DNA of 64,000 nucleotides from Patellaria atrata CBS 101060 (Eukaryota): NCBI GenBank assembly GCA_010093705.1, contig MU006096.1, positions 456,004 to 520,003 of the forward strand, read 5' to 3'. Shown piece by piece: positions 51,986 to 62,770 of this stretch (position 1 is its first letter; each line of letters starts with the position of its first letter). The notes under the pieces were generated by a model. It saw only the letters and a program-made list of their open reading frames with translations, ran no database searches and was not told where the DNA came from. The position numbers and the translations under genes were made by a program.

Positions 51986-54187
51986 GTATAATTTTATTTG
52001 AATATATTTTGTTGTAGTGGAGTAATTGTATGAAAACGCTGGTTGATCTTGGTGGGGTGTCCCACTGAGTGGTGTGTCCCACTGACTGGTAAAGCACGTT
52101 AATTTGAACTGCTGACTAAGCCGCCAAAAAGCTTCCACCAGCGTTGTAACTTTGACACCTACTCAGGATGTGCCAACCAACACCTTATCAACTTCCTCTA
52201 CTTTTCATATTACCCAGCAACTCGGGTTCGGGATGCTACCTGCGATAATTCTATGTATTTGACTATAACTATATCCCAATAATCTCTGATGATCCACCCA
52301 ATGTACGTTGTTGCATCGTCAATTCTTCTGACTGTCCTGAGGCTTTATTTCTTTTCTATTCCCTATCTAAACTTCACCTTCGAATTCCCTCCCTTATTTT
52401 GATCAACCTGCACCTCAATTTTTTCCTTACCGTTTTCTACACCAAGCATAGGTCATTTGCTGCTCTATGTCAAAATACCCAAATGAGTAGATGAAAAATG
52501 GACTGACATGTGGTATGCAGTACTTGCTTTATTGAAATTTATCCCCCCCATGTGCTTCATGTCTCTCAACAATGGTCTTATTACTGGCCCATAACGGGAT
52601 GGCATATCTCAAAGCACGAAGCGGTTACTAGGCTAAGTTATGATGTCCGCAAGTTACCATATTCTACGTGTGGGTGTGCTCCAATCAAATGTTTTTCCCG
52701 GCATATGCTCTTTCTTAGATCATCTACTACAAGGAAGATCTCTATGCCATGTGGTACCTCTTGACCTATTCTTTATGTTCGGTTTCGTGAGCGGCTGCCT
52801 GGATTCCTAGCTTCTTACAGGTACGTGACAATAACCGAACAAGATCAGTCGTAGGACATCATGTGTACAATTTCACCCGAACCCATAGCCATTCTTCATA
52901 TAACATCTTTCCTATGTTCAGAGTGCATCGCTTCTTATTATACTTTCTAATTTTGAACTCTCCGCAGGTGATGGTGCAGGCTTTGGGGGCGAAAAGCCTG
53001 GTCGGGTTTGATTTTTCAATCGTGTGCCTGCGAAAACCCTCCCAAAACTTTTGTCTTTCAAAATTTCATAATAAGTTCCTTTATTCGTTATGATTCAGCA
53101 TATTAAATGCCATATTTGGATATTTCAATCGATAGGAAAATTCTCACAAATATCCCTAAACTGATCAATAAATCACGTCTTGAGGCTTTTAACCGAGTAC
53201 TGACGACGCAAGCAAAGTAGCGGACCTCTTGAACCTAGCTTCAAGTTCACAATTATTTACCTAATAGCAGAATCCCCAGTGGTTTTCATTTTCTTATTCT
53301 GTCCATTTGGTAATAGAATAACTGAAGTCTAATAGTAAGCGAGGATTGTCGCGCTCTTTCGTATAGTAGATGCCGCAGAGTCAGCCTTGTCCTTATGTTG
53401 GTCTCCTGGCGATCAATCCTTCCCGTCTAACACACCCTTTATTTGAACTTTAAATACGCGCGGTGCGCGGTATGAGTCGGACACCGGTAAACCCGAGAGG
53501 TCCAATCTTCGGGACGGCTTTATCAGCCGTTATACCAAACACCACCCCGGTCACCTTACTGTACCAACGTCTGCAGCATAAGGAGCATATCTCGTTGTAA
53601 GCTTATGAGTAAGAAGCTTAATCGACTCAATTTACTACTTGACTTTTACTATGACATCAAACATCGCCAGAATAGTCATTGCGCTTTTTCGTTGTAGCCG
53701 CTTAATCACTTAATCGTAGAGGGCCCCCGAAAGTCTTCTGTTTTGCCCAGATTCTTTCCGCCCCTCTACTCGTCCATCATGGTGCTTCAGCACCAATGGG
53801 TAGTTGGATCATACCTTCGGGCTCAGATTGTGTTAGATGTACGTGTGTCAAGCTCCCATATTGTCAATGCTTTTTGTTAGCTTTTACGACTCTCCTTACA
53901 TGTAATTCAATTTGAGAACGGGGTATTATGCATTGGCGGTGGCGGATGTGCAGTCGCGGTCTACGACAGATGATACTGCTACCTCCTTAGCAATCACTTT
54001 TCTTTCGATTTGAGGAGATATACAAAGTATATAAAGCACAGCAATATCATCTCCTGAGGTCTGCCCATCATCACATTCATATATCATTTCTTATATAGAC
54101 TCATCTCCCAGGAAACTTCAGTCTTCAGTACTCAGTGTCTCTCTTGAGTCATTCGGCTCTTCTGTTTTAGAGATCCCATCTATCAAA

Positions 54188-54795
54188 ATGCTATTCAAAA
54201 ACCTCCAGACAATCATCACATTCGCAACCCTCATTTCCATACCAGCAGCACTCGCTGACTTTCGCATCTATCTTGGTGGCGACAATTCAATTAGTGAAGG
54301 TGGTTCTGTTGCTTTTAACGGAGCATGGCTTCTCAATGCTGAACCGTCATGTGACGATATCTACAACAGCGTCATGCTGATTAACGGGTACAACGATGTG
54401 ACCGAGTCTGACGACTGGGCGTGCGATGGCTGTGATGCCAACGAATCAATCGGAAATCTCCCAATCACTCGCTTCGAGATCGGGGATAAAACCAACGACA
54501 GACAGACTACCAGTGGAGGCCTCGGTTATATTACACTCTATCCCAAGCCGGATGGAACTTACGACTTGACTTATAGCGCTGAGGCCGATGGCCCTAATGG
54601 ATCAAGGGGCTATTGCAACCGTGAGAATGCTAAGGCTCATGAGTTCACGTGTGTACAGCCAGTCGGATCTTTGAACGGGAAGCATATCATTACCTGTGTA
54701 CGTTTATGTCCCACAATCAAATTATGCGATGCTTTTCCAGATATTAACGTGCTTCATAGGTTACCGATTTGGTGTCTGTTGTGTCTGGCAACTAA
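54188..54795 (+). CDS. Small secreted cysteine-rich protein (~181 aa, 6 Cys), unknown function
   Basis: Hydrophobic signal peptide ending AALA|DF. Intron 54698-54759 (GTACGT...TTAAC...TAG) gives the terminus ...IITC|VTDLVSVVSGN*. TATATAAA at 54028-54035. Confidence 0.75.
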
Positions 54796-55151
54796 AGTCC
54801 GTGTTTGAGAGAAATTGGACAGCTCGAGTCTTACACAAAACTTGGATTTTCTGTTATCTTCCTACCTGTGCTTCGACTTTCTCGCTTGCAGTCTATAGTT
54901 GAATACTAGCACTATTTCTTTCAAAATTGATTGTATATTGGTTTTGGTCATGTCCTAGTAAATGTTTTCCTATCTAGATGCCTGGAAAATATCAGAATCG
55001 ATCCGCCTACTCACGCAACACCGCTCACAAAACTTATGAGCTCCCTGTTCACCGCATGAAACAAGGGTTATTTACACAGTAATATATACCTCCATATATG
55101 AATACGAAGGATCATCGCTGTGTTTCTGATGAAGAAATAAAATCCATTTGA

Positions 55152-56385
55152 TTAGAGTGGTGGATGATAATGACCAGATGCGGTTACCGCTCCAACGTGA
55201 TTTGTATCCTCCGTAAAGTTTGCGTATGCGGGCCCTAAATAGAAGCAAAGATCATTAGTAAAAGAGATTGATACGTAGGACTGAAAATACAGCGCCTGGG
55301 TCTTATTAACTTATAATTCTACTTACCAAATATTGGATGTACAACTGCACCAGGTTCATATGGATCAACCATCCGCTGTATTGCCCATTTGTTGATGGAA
55401 TCCCAATCTACGCACTCATGTTCGTACTCCATATCACCAACCGGGACAGGATGATTGTAATCCCATTTGTAAACAAGGGGACTGGTATCCCCATGGCACA
55501 TTGCTGCTTTACGCAAGAAGTCAAGACAGTGCACTATGAACGACTTAGAGGCCATGGCTAGAATGCAGCATAATGGAGCTCACTGTTATGAAGATGTAGC
55601 AGATACTCCTCTTCCTCTGTCATGTTATGGAAATAATGGTCCTTGTTGAGAGACCTGTAAAGTCTTTTCTACAAAAGTTTGTTAAATTAGGTCAAATTGG
55701 ACGCACTATTTGATCCTACTCACTATGCAATGAAGGTCATGATATACACTGATGCCGCCCATGAGAGTACCATCTGGTAAAACTACCGGGTCCCCAGACA
55801 CTCCACCGAAATGGGCTACTTCTTCTTTAGTAAACCATGAGTTGGCGGCTAGCAAAGTCAGTCAAACAGGAGGGCTATACGTTGAAGATTTTGTTTACGT
55901 TTTAAGATTTGTTCCCATGCCTCGTCCAGTTCTGCTGATGGCTTCCCAAATAGTTCCGGTGCAAAACCGCCGTTTTGTATATGAAAACGAGATTTACCGT
56001 AGACAATTGACTGTCGAGCAGGGGCTTCAAACTAGAGATCAGCACGAAAGAACTAACTTTATAGAAAGGTTGGACGTTGAGGTGGTTGTTGTTGATGAAA
56101 GGGCGACTAACTCCAAACAGTATTTGGTCCGTGCGCATATCTCTTTTTCAGGGAGAGCCAAAACGAGACGAAGACGACAGTGTAGAGAGCAACAACTCCA
56201 AGATGGAACCACATCACTCTGGCCCTGGTTTTCTTCCCCTTTTGGGAGACAAAACTCTCCCACACTAGAGGAGTACTCTTGTGAGTTCCATCATCTGTTG
56301 ATGCTTCTGAGCCTGACCGTAACAGTCCCTTTTCTTCTTCATAATGCTGCTCCGATACGTCAATTGATGCACTTCTGGATTCCAT
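55152..56385 (-). CDS. DUF3328/UstYa-family oxidase A, multi-exon
   Basis: N-terminal TM helix, PSAELDEAWEQI, GISVYHDLHCI, spliced HN|MHCLDFLRKAAMCHGDT and HECVDWDSINKW; both HxxHC motifs present. Confidence 0.9.
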
Positions 56386-57144
56386 TGCTGTCAAGACTAA
56401 GGTTAAAATTTAGAAGAGGGTTAAGGTTTTGCTTTGATTTGAAAGAAAAGAGTATCATCAAGAGACCGCAGAAAGAGATGCAATTGCGCTCACCTACTTC
56501 TCTGATAGCCGTTCTTCCGATAATTATTACCCGCTGCAATGCTAGCCCCTCCTGTGTCCGTTTCCTTTGCTCATGTATTTCCATGTCAAGCGATTACGAT
56601 ATCTTCCTTAGTCTTCTGACCTGCAGCTGAAGTATACTGTAACCACGTTAGTAGCGTGTTATGGACCCTGGAAAACCTCTATCTGAACACTGAATATATT
56701 ACTTCTTCGCCGATATCCTCCTGTATCATTTGTACTCTGCAGAAAATGCTACGATGTTACCTTCTATTTTCCGTTAGAACCCCTTTCCTGCTTCATGTCT
56801 GACAACTGTCCGTTCATCTAGTTCTAAGACAGCAACTACGCACTGGCCCCTAACAGTCAAGCTGTACGACGAGACATTAGGAGTAATGCGGTGTTACGAA
56901 CAGACTAGAGTCACTGGATTGACCAATAGCTCGAGCATATCATAGCCGAACACAATTCACACCGACCATATTGCTACATCTCTATGAGCCTAATTCGGCG
57001 AGAAATGGCAACATAGAGCGGAAACTGTTCGAGGAACCATGCTCCTTGTCATAGACTGTCCGAAATTTTTCTCTTTCGGAGAATGCAGACGCTCTTACCT
57101 GATGATCTGTCAAGCAAGTGACACCCTCTTCGTCTTCGTATGGT

Positions 57145-57152
57145 TATATAAA
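57145..57152 (+). promoter_or_regulatory. TATA box of the RiPP precursor gene
   Basis: TATATAAA about 70 nt upstream of the ATG at 57224. Confidence 0.6.
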
Positions 57153-57223
57153 GGGCTGGCCTTCCGCATATTTCAAGTCTCGTAGCTAGCTCTCCATTAC
57201 TACAGATTCTCAATCCATAAAAT

Positions 57224-57839
57224 ATGCGTTTCGCAACTCGTCTTCTGGCTCTAGGCCTTGCTGCCTATGGTACACTCGCTGGTCCGTAATATTGAGAGTC
57301 TATCATATGATCGGATAGCTTACAATTCATTAGCTCCAGTTCCAGCCACACAGGACACAGTCACTAAACGTGCCCTGATCCAACGTAGCGCTGATGCCAC
57401 TGAATCCGACAGTGCTTGGTGGGTTTACATCCCAGACCTTAACTATGACGAAGCAAACGATATCGCGGCACGCGCCGATTCCCTTAAGATCAAGCGGGAT
57501 CCGGCACAGGACAGTGATAGTGCGTGGTGGGTGTACATCCCAAACGTCAACTATGAGGAAGCAACCGATGTTGTAGCACGTGACGATTCCCTTCAGGTCA
57601 AGCGGGATTCGGCGCAGGACAGTGATAGTGCGTGGTGGGTGTATATCCCAGATCTCAACTATGACGAAGCCGTTCAGGTCAAGCGTGATACGACAAAAGA
57701 CGCCGACAGCGCTTGGACAGTCGTTATCCCACTCCGCACGTATGACACGCGAGACTCTCTCCGCAACAAGCGAGATCCATCAAAGGATAGCGACGCTGCC
57801 TGGACGGTCACTATACCTATCGGTAATTACGATAACTAG
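57224..57839 (+). CDS. Dikaritin-type RiPP precursor (Kex2-processed repeat protein), ~187 aa, five core repeats
   Basis: Exon 1 MRFATRLLALGLAAYGTLA is a signal peptide. Intron ~57282-57333 (alternative donor at 57270). Exon 2 has KR-separated repeats with cores WWVYIPDLNY, WWVYIPNVNY, WWVYIPDLNY, WTVVIPLRTY and WTVTIPIGNY. Confidence 0.9.
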
Positions 57840-58837
57840 GACTTAGTCGCCTCAAGTTCAGGGTCTTGTCAGATGCAAGCATGAACAGATCGCAACTGAT
57901 CAATTACCCTATTAATCGACGATCATGAGGTTCCGGAACTCAAAGGTCTACTGGATTTTATGGATGCAGAATGAATGATATATCGGGATCAGAATCGGGT
58001 GCTATTCCTAGTCTTTAGAACTGATATCCGCTCCTTGAAACAGTTCTACTAGCTAGTATGATAGGAAAATGGGAATCTAGAATGCATTTTCCATGTTAAT
58101 TTTCGGTGCATATCGATCTGTGAAAACCACCGTCCATATAAGCTTAATAGCTGCACGCTTGAAAGCTTAGGCGATGTGACAAAGTACTGTAAGTAAACGG
58201 TCCGTTAGATGCGTCTCGCTTGACCCTGATTCCCGAAGCCCGTCTTCATATTGTCCGAGATCGTAGTGCTCCCGCACGGGTATGCTCAACACCCTGGTTT
58301 GCATTGCAGGAAGAAAAGAACTAGTCCGTCAGGCAAATACGCTGAGCTGTTGTTAGAGCTGTACATTTCTTTTAGAAACATCTTCAACTTTCAGATATGA
58401 GGGTGGAATTGTACCAAGATTCAAATCAAGCTCTTGCTTTTTGAAAATTTCTCTCTATCACTCCGCTCATATCATTAGTACTGCTCTATTATATATCACC
58501 CGTGGGCGGTTAAACTAGAGGCACACCGGTCGAACTGTGTTTCTTCCGTTTCACATTTGTTGTATCTTGCGGTTCATGATAGGAAAACCTAGATTTTCCC
58601 AATTGCGTCTTGAACTCAAAACTCACGTATCAAATGCCAATTCTAGTATGTGATCCAATGTCGACCGCTTAGGAGCTCGTTCGGTGAATATAATCCTTGG
58701 GCATTCGGAATCACTAAGAGCCGAAAGGATGCACATACATCCGGTACATAACCGTGATGAAATTATACACAATCTCATGCAGCAGACAAGAACCTCTTAT
58801 CCTGAATAATATCTCTACGGCAATTCATCCGAATCCG

Positions 58838-59837
58838 CTACGGAGGAGAATCCCAAATCTTCTCGCCCGGCAGAGGATGTAAGGCATACCGACTGGGCAG
58901 ATCGGGGATCTGTCTCCGTACAGACCACTCCCTTATGCTGTCAAAATTTCGACAAGAGTGCAAAGTATTGAAGTTGGGATAGGGGTCAGCATGGCCTTTC
59001 ACCCACCGATAGGGGATGATTGTAACATCTGCATCGCACATGAGCTTTTGGCGAAGCATGTCCGCACAGTGATCGAAATGATGATGTGTCGTGCGGTCTG
59101 AATCGGTGAACTCGGCAGATCGGTTCTTATAGTACTCGTGGTTCCAGATACTCGACTTGCGCATGAAGTTCTATTCTGGTTAGATGATAGAATTGATATT
59201 GATTGAGGGTGTGGTTCTGTACCAGACAGTGTAGATGATGAATCACTTCGAGAGAGCCCATGTATCCTCCTCCCGCCTCTTCTGGTACTTTTGTGGTCTC
59301 AATATCGTAAGGAATCGCTGCGTATTCTTCCTCTGTGATCATTGTCACTCGGACTTTGGACGTTGTGAGAATCTCAATGAACTGACTATATTTCTTGAGT
59401 AAACTTACACCCTTCAAGCTCTTGCCATGCCTCATTCAACTCTTCTCTTAGTTCACCTCGGAAGGGGGAATCTAAAATGATAGACCCATTGAACCTTACA
59501 TCATGATAACTTGTGTCTATCTCAGCAATAGCAGGTGCTGTTTCGATCGTCAAAAGAAGCTCCTATAGAGTGCATTCATGATAAACTCACAATATGTGGA
59601 ATGCATCTCGAAACATAATCTTTTCAAATCTTGACCGAACCATGGACCGATAACTGATCCAACAAGCAATGAGATGATTCCTGTTGCGGCACACAGTAAA
59701 AAGCACCCCATCCAGGACGGTCCATGTTGAAAAGATCTCTGAGATTTTGATGAGAGTGATGCCTCTTGAATTGAAAATTGCCCATTTTCATCTTCTGTTA
59801 AAGAAACCTTTTGGTAGTTGCAAACAGCCATTAGCAT
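58838..59837 (-). CDS. DUF3328/UstYa-family oxidase B, multi-exon
   Basis: TM helix, SPFRGE...LNEAWQEL, GYMGSLEVIHHLHCL, HFDHCADMLRQKLMCDAD and PNFNTLHSCRNFDSIREW. Confidence 0.92.
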
Positions 59838-62470
59838 CAATATCTGCTCACAATTTTTGCGGTTCCACTAGCTCTTGCAATACTTCAAAAGTGCAGAGAA
59901 GAATGGAGATTCATGCTCTGCAGTTCTGGGAGGAGCGAGATGTTCGTGCTGACTATATTCCGAATGCATGGTTTCGACTGTTTGTACCCGGTGTACTGTA
60001 CTTTGCTGTAGTTCAATATGTTTTAGCAGCGGGCATTAAAAAAAGGTGCGTTATTGAGTACTACCTTCCATATCTGTAGATGTGAGTAGGTATCTGTACA
60101 GTCGAAAGATTGGACTAGAATCGTACTAAGACGACATACTAGGGTCGGGTTGCGTGTGAAGGAGCAAGGAGCCTTCTAAGCGAGCGCGTATGCGATGCAT
60201 AAGTTCAATATCCTCCGTATAATATACTGCATACAGATTTACAGCTACGGCGGATTAATAGTCTTATAATTGAGAGTTTACTGCTAGAAATATCGTATAG
60301 TTGTGTCCGAGGTCGATAATGAGATCGTCGCCAAACAGTTTACGCTTTTCCAATTTCACGGATAATCTAAATCGTATATGCATTCTTATTGATAAGGATC
60401 CAGATCGTGAAGTGAGTACAACTACATCATAGCTTAATACCGCGTTAAGATCAGCGGAGGAAGAACTGTGGAGTGTAAAGGGCATATATATCGTATGTAC
60501 CTGATATATTTCGCAAGTAGTTAACGGGAGGAATTCGGAAATTCGTGATTTATAGCCTTGTGACACTGCGCCGATGGAAGAATACCGAGCAGACACTTTA
60601 AGAGTGTAGTTGGTATATTGCATCAATGCGGACGTAGTTCAAGGAATGGTCGTAGGAGTACGTCTGTCGCTGGTTGCAATTGTTAGAGACTATGAATATC
60701 ATGCATATAAAAGGGACATTCATACATTAGCCTCGTTGCCACTGGTACTTACTGATTGATTGTAGGTTATCACATCCTTTCAGGTTGGACAAATGGTCCA
60801 GCCGCTATTTTTATCGTATAGCGGTGAGGTCAAGACGACCACCACCGACATAGTTTTTCCATTTGTGAGTACATAACTATTGGAGGGCTGAACTGTGAGA
60901 CCGAGATTACCTAATCGTAACAACAATACTGCTAAGTTACATGTCTGGGCAACCTGACTAATATTGAGCTTTGTCTGGATTAGCCCATGAAGAAATGATC
61001 CATAGCTCTCTGTATTCCTGGGGTCTGATTTTAATAAGAATCTATATTTGGGATTATCTTCCTACAGCTAAAGTTGCCCACAAGAACGGGAACAGCAAGC
61101 TCATGATTCTTGTTTCTACTAGAACGGTATATTTGATAGAGTGAAATGGTGAAAGTCTAGAGCATTACTGAGGTCGGAAAAACGAGAGAGGTATAATGCA
61201 TTTCTGTATTACTCTGTTGGGGTGGTTCCAAAGGAAGATTATTCGATAGAAATGTTTCGATAGATCGAAAAGATTGATCAAGAATCGCTTAGGGGATATT
61301 AGAGCGGAAACTGAGATTCTGTGAACAAGTATATGCGCTAGTCATACGTGATACTTATAATATAGGGTTACACCTCAGCTTCCCACTTTTATACAGGTGC
61401 CACGAATGTGAGACATTGAAGGTAACTACTCGTCCCTTTCATATCCAGACGCAATAGGTAAAGGAGAACCGTTGGAAAGTGGTATCGACTATAGACTATT
61501 CCGAGATAACTATCATAGCTTTGTGGTTAGCCCTAAAAATGTTTCAGACGGGATATTAGTCCTTCAGATCTGTCACTACGACGTAAATTAAAAGTAATTG
61601 AGAGGCTCAGTGCGGAACAATGACCTGAAAGGAGAACCTCCAAAGGATATACTTGGCTCAGATTGTTTTCCTGAAACTCGTCGAGCAGATCGCATATTTT
61701 CTAGCGGTATTTGTCTGGCAAATTACGGCGGTGTGTCTGCGCTACAGGCGTTTTTTCAGATTAGTGATCACATGACGGCACTCGTCCTATGCTAATATAT
61801 TCGTGGTACGCGAAAGTATCAAGATCTAGAGCGAAAGGCTCTATACGATCTCTATATTAGATTTATGCTCGTTCCAGGGTGATAAACCGTTCCTCTTACC
61901 TTCCTACTAAATGGAGTACCACCCCCTGGAACCAAGCTGGAGCCTGAGGACAACTAACAGAGCTCAATTCATTGCTCGTGCAGCATCGTGGATATAGTAG
62001 GTAGCGCAGTACTTCATGTGCCTCTGATGTGTACTCGATCTAGGTACTGTTAGGGGTCAAACAAGTTTTTAGCCAGTCTAGAGGCATTCGAGAAATATAA
62101 TTCTATATTAACGAAATGGTTAGGATAGCAATAAGGTCAAAGACGCACGTGAATAGAACTTGGGCTTTCACGTCGCTACTTTAAACGCTGACTTACAATA
62201 TCTCAGGGGTCAAGTATCCATTCAGATCACCAGAAGAAAGACAGTTTTCTGGACTTAACATAGAAGTAATCCTCTCTATCCATCTAGAATGCTGAGGTGA
62301 CCAGTATTGATTGTAGGCAAATGCTGAGGCTGGTGAAGTGGAGTATGATGACAAGAATTAGCGGAGTGTCGGGCTAGAGCTCGGCAGTAGGAAATATCCG
62401 TAAGCGGACTGTGTATGCTTTATACATAAGATTTTCGTCCACATTTTCTTTTGACATTTAATCGTAATTT

Positions 62471-62557
62471 GCCCGCATGGCTTAGTGGTACAGCGTCTCA
62501 CTCGTAGAAAGTCATCTCGGTATGAGAAGATCGGCGGTTCGATTCCGCCTGTGGGCA
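62471..62557 (+). tRNA. tRNA-Thr(CGU) with a 15-nt intron (62507-62521)
   Basis: Acceptor stem GCCCGCA/TGTGGGC, D arm with TAGTGGT, anticodon stem TCTCA/TGAGA with CGT at 62503-62505, T arm GGCGG-TTCGATT-CCGCC, and a downstream T-run. Confidence 0.92.
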
Positions 62558-62770
62558 CGTGATCATTTTCTTTTGGCATTATTTTTGCAGTTTTTTTGTC
62601 TAGATTTGTAAGATCCTCTGTAGCTTCGATAGATGTTGTCCTTTACCTATGATTTTGGCTCAAACTGAGGAGTTGCACGCGCACTATGGGGTGGCCGAGT
62701 TTAAATCTAACTTTCCCCCTTTAGGATTAGCCTGCCTTGGCATACTCATATACTTCACTCGCCCGAGAAC

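Larger units (their letters stand above)
48705..52099. mobile_element. Palindromic composite of two pogo/Fot1 (Tc1-mariner superfamily) transposons fused head-to-head
   Basis: Ends read TA|ACGTGCTTCACCAGTCAGTGGG ... CCCACTGACTGGTAAAGCACGT|TA, i.e. TIRs with flanking TA. The arms 48705-50383 and 50400-52099 are reverse complements. Confidence 0.92.

Noticed and set aside
52140..52900. Protein-like fragments on the minus strand after the transposon
   Set aside because: The frames are short and stop-ridden and I cannot assign a family.
55752..56630. 292-aa plus-strand ORF
   Set aside because: It is antisense to the exons of DUF3328-A and has no recognisable motifs, so it is probably a shadow ORF.
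56395..57223. Apparent enrichment of TCCG/CGGA words in the cluster promoter
   Set aside because: The number seen is about what chance predicts for a 4-mer on both strands of ~830 bp.
57258..57333. ORF-track N-terminus MLPMVHSLVR... for the precursor
   Set aside because: It starts at TTG and runs through a probable intron. The ATG at 57224 gives a proper signal peptide after splicing.
57400..57830. CRISPR-like repeat/spacer appearance
   Set aside because: The locus is eukaryotic, the repeats are in-frame coding units with synonymous variation, and there are no cas genes.
57224..57839. Precursor as an alpha-factor-like mating pheromone (ppgA/ppg1)
   Set aside because: The repeats lack the paired Cys (WC...GQPC-type) of Pezizomycotina alpha pheromones, the spacers are not regular X-Ala/X-Pro runs, there are long acidic followers, and the gene is flanked by two DUF3328 oxidases.
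58140..58330. Possible small gene or third DUF3328 fragment between the precursor and oxidase B
   Set aside because: Only an intron-like GTCAAG..CTAAC..CAG and short frames are present, with no HxxHC motif or coherent ORF.
60264..61795. Short ORFs, including an ankyrin-like ANYGGVSALQA
   Set aside because: A single short resemblance with no repeat context or gene structure.
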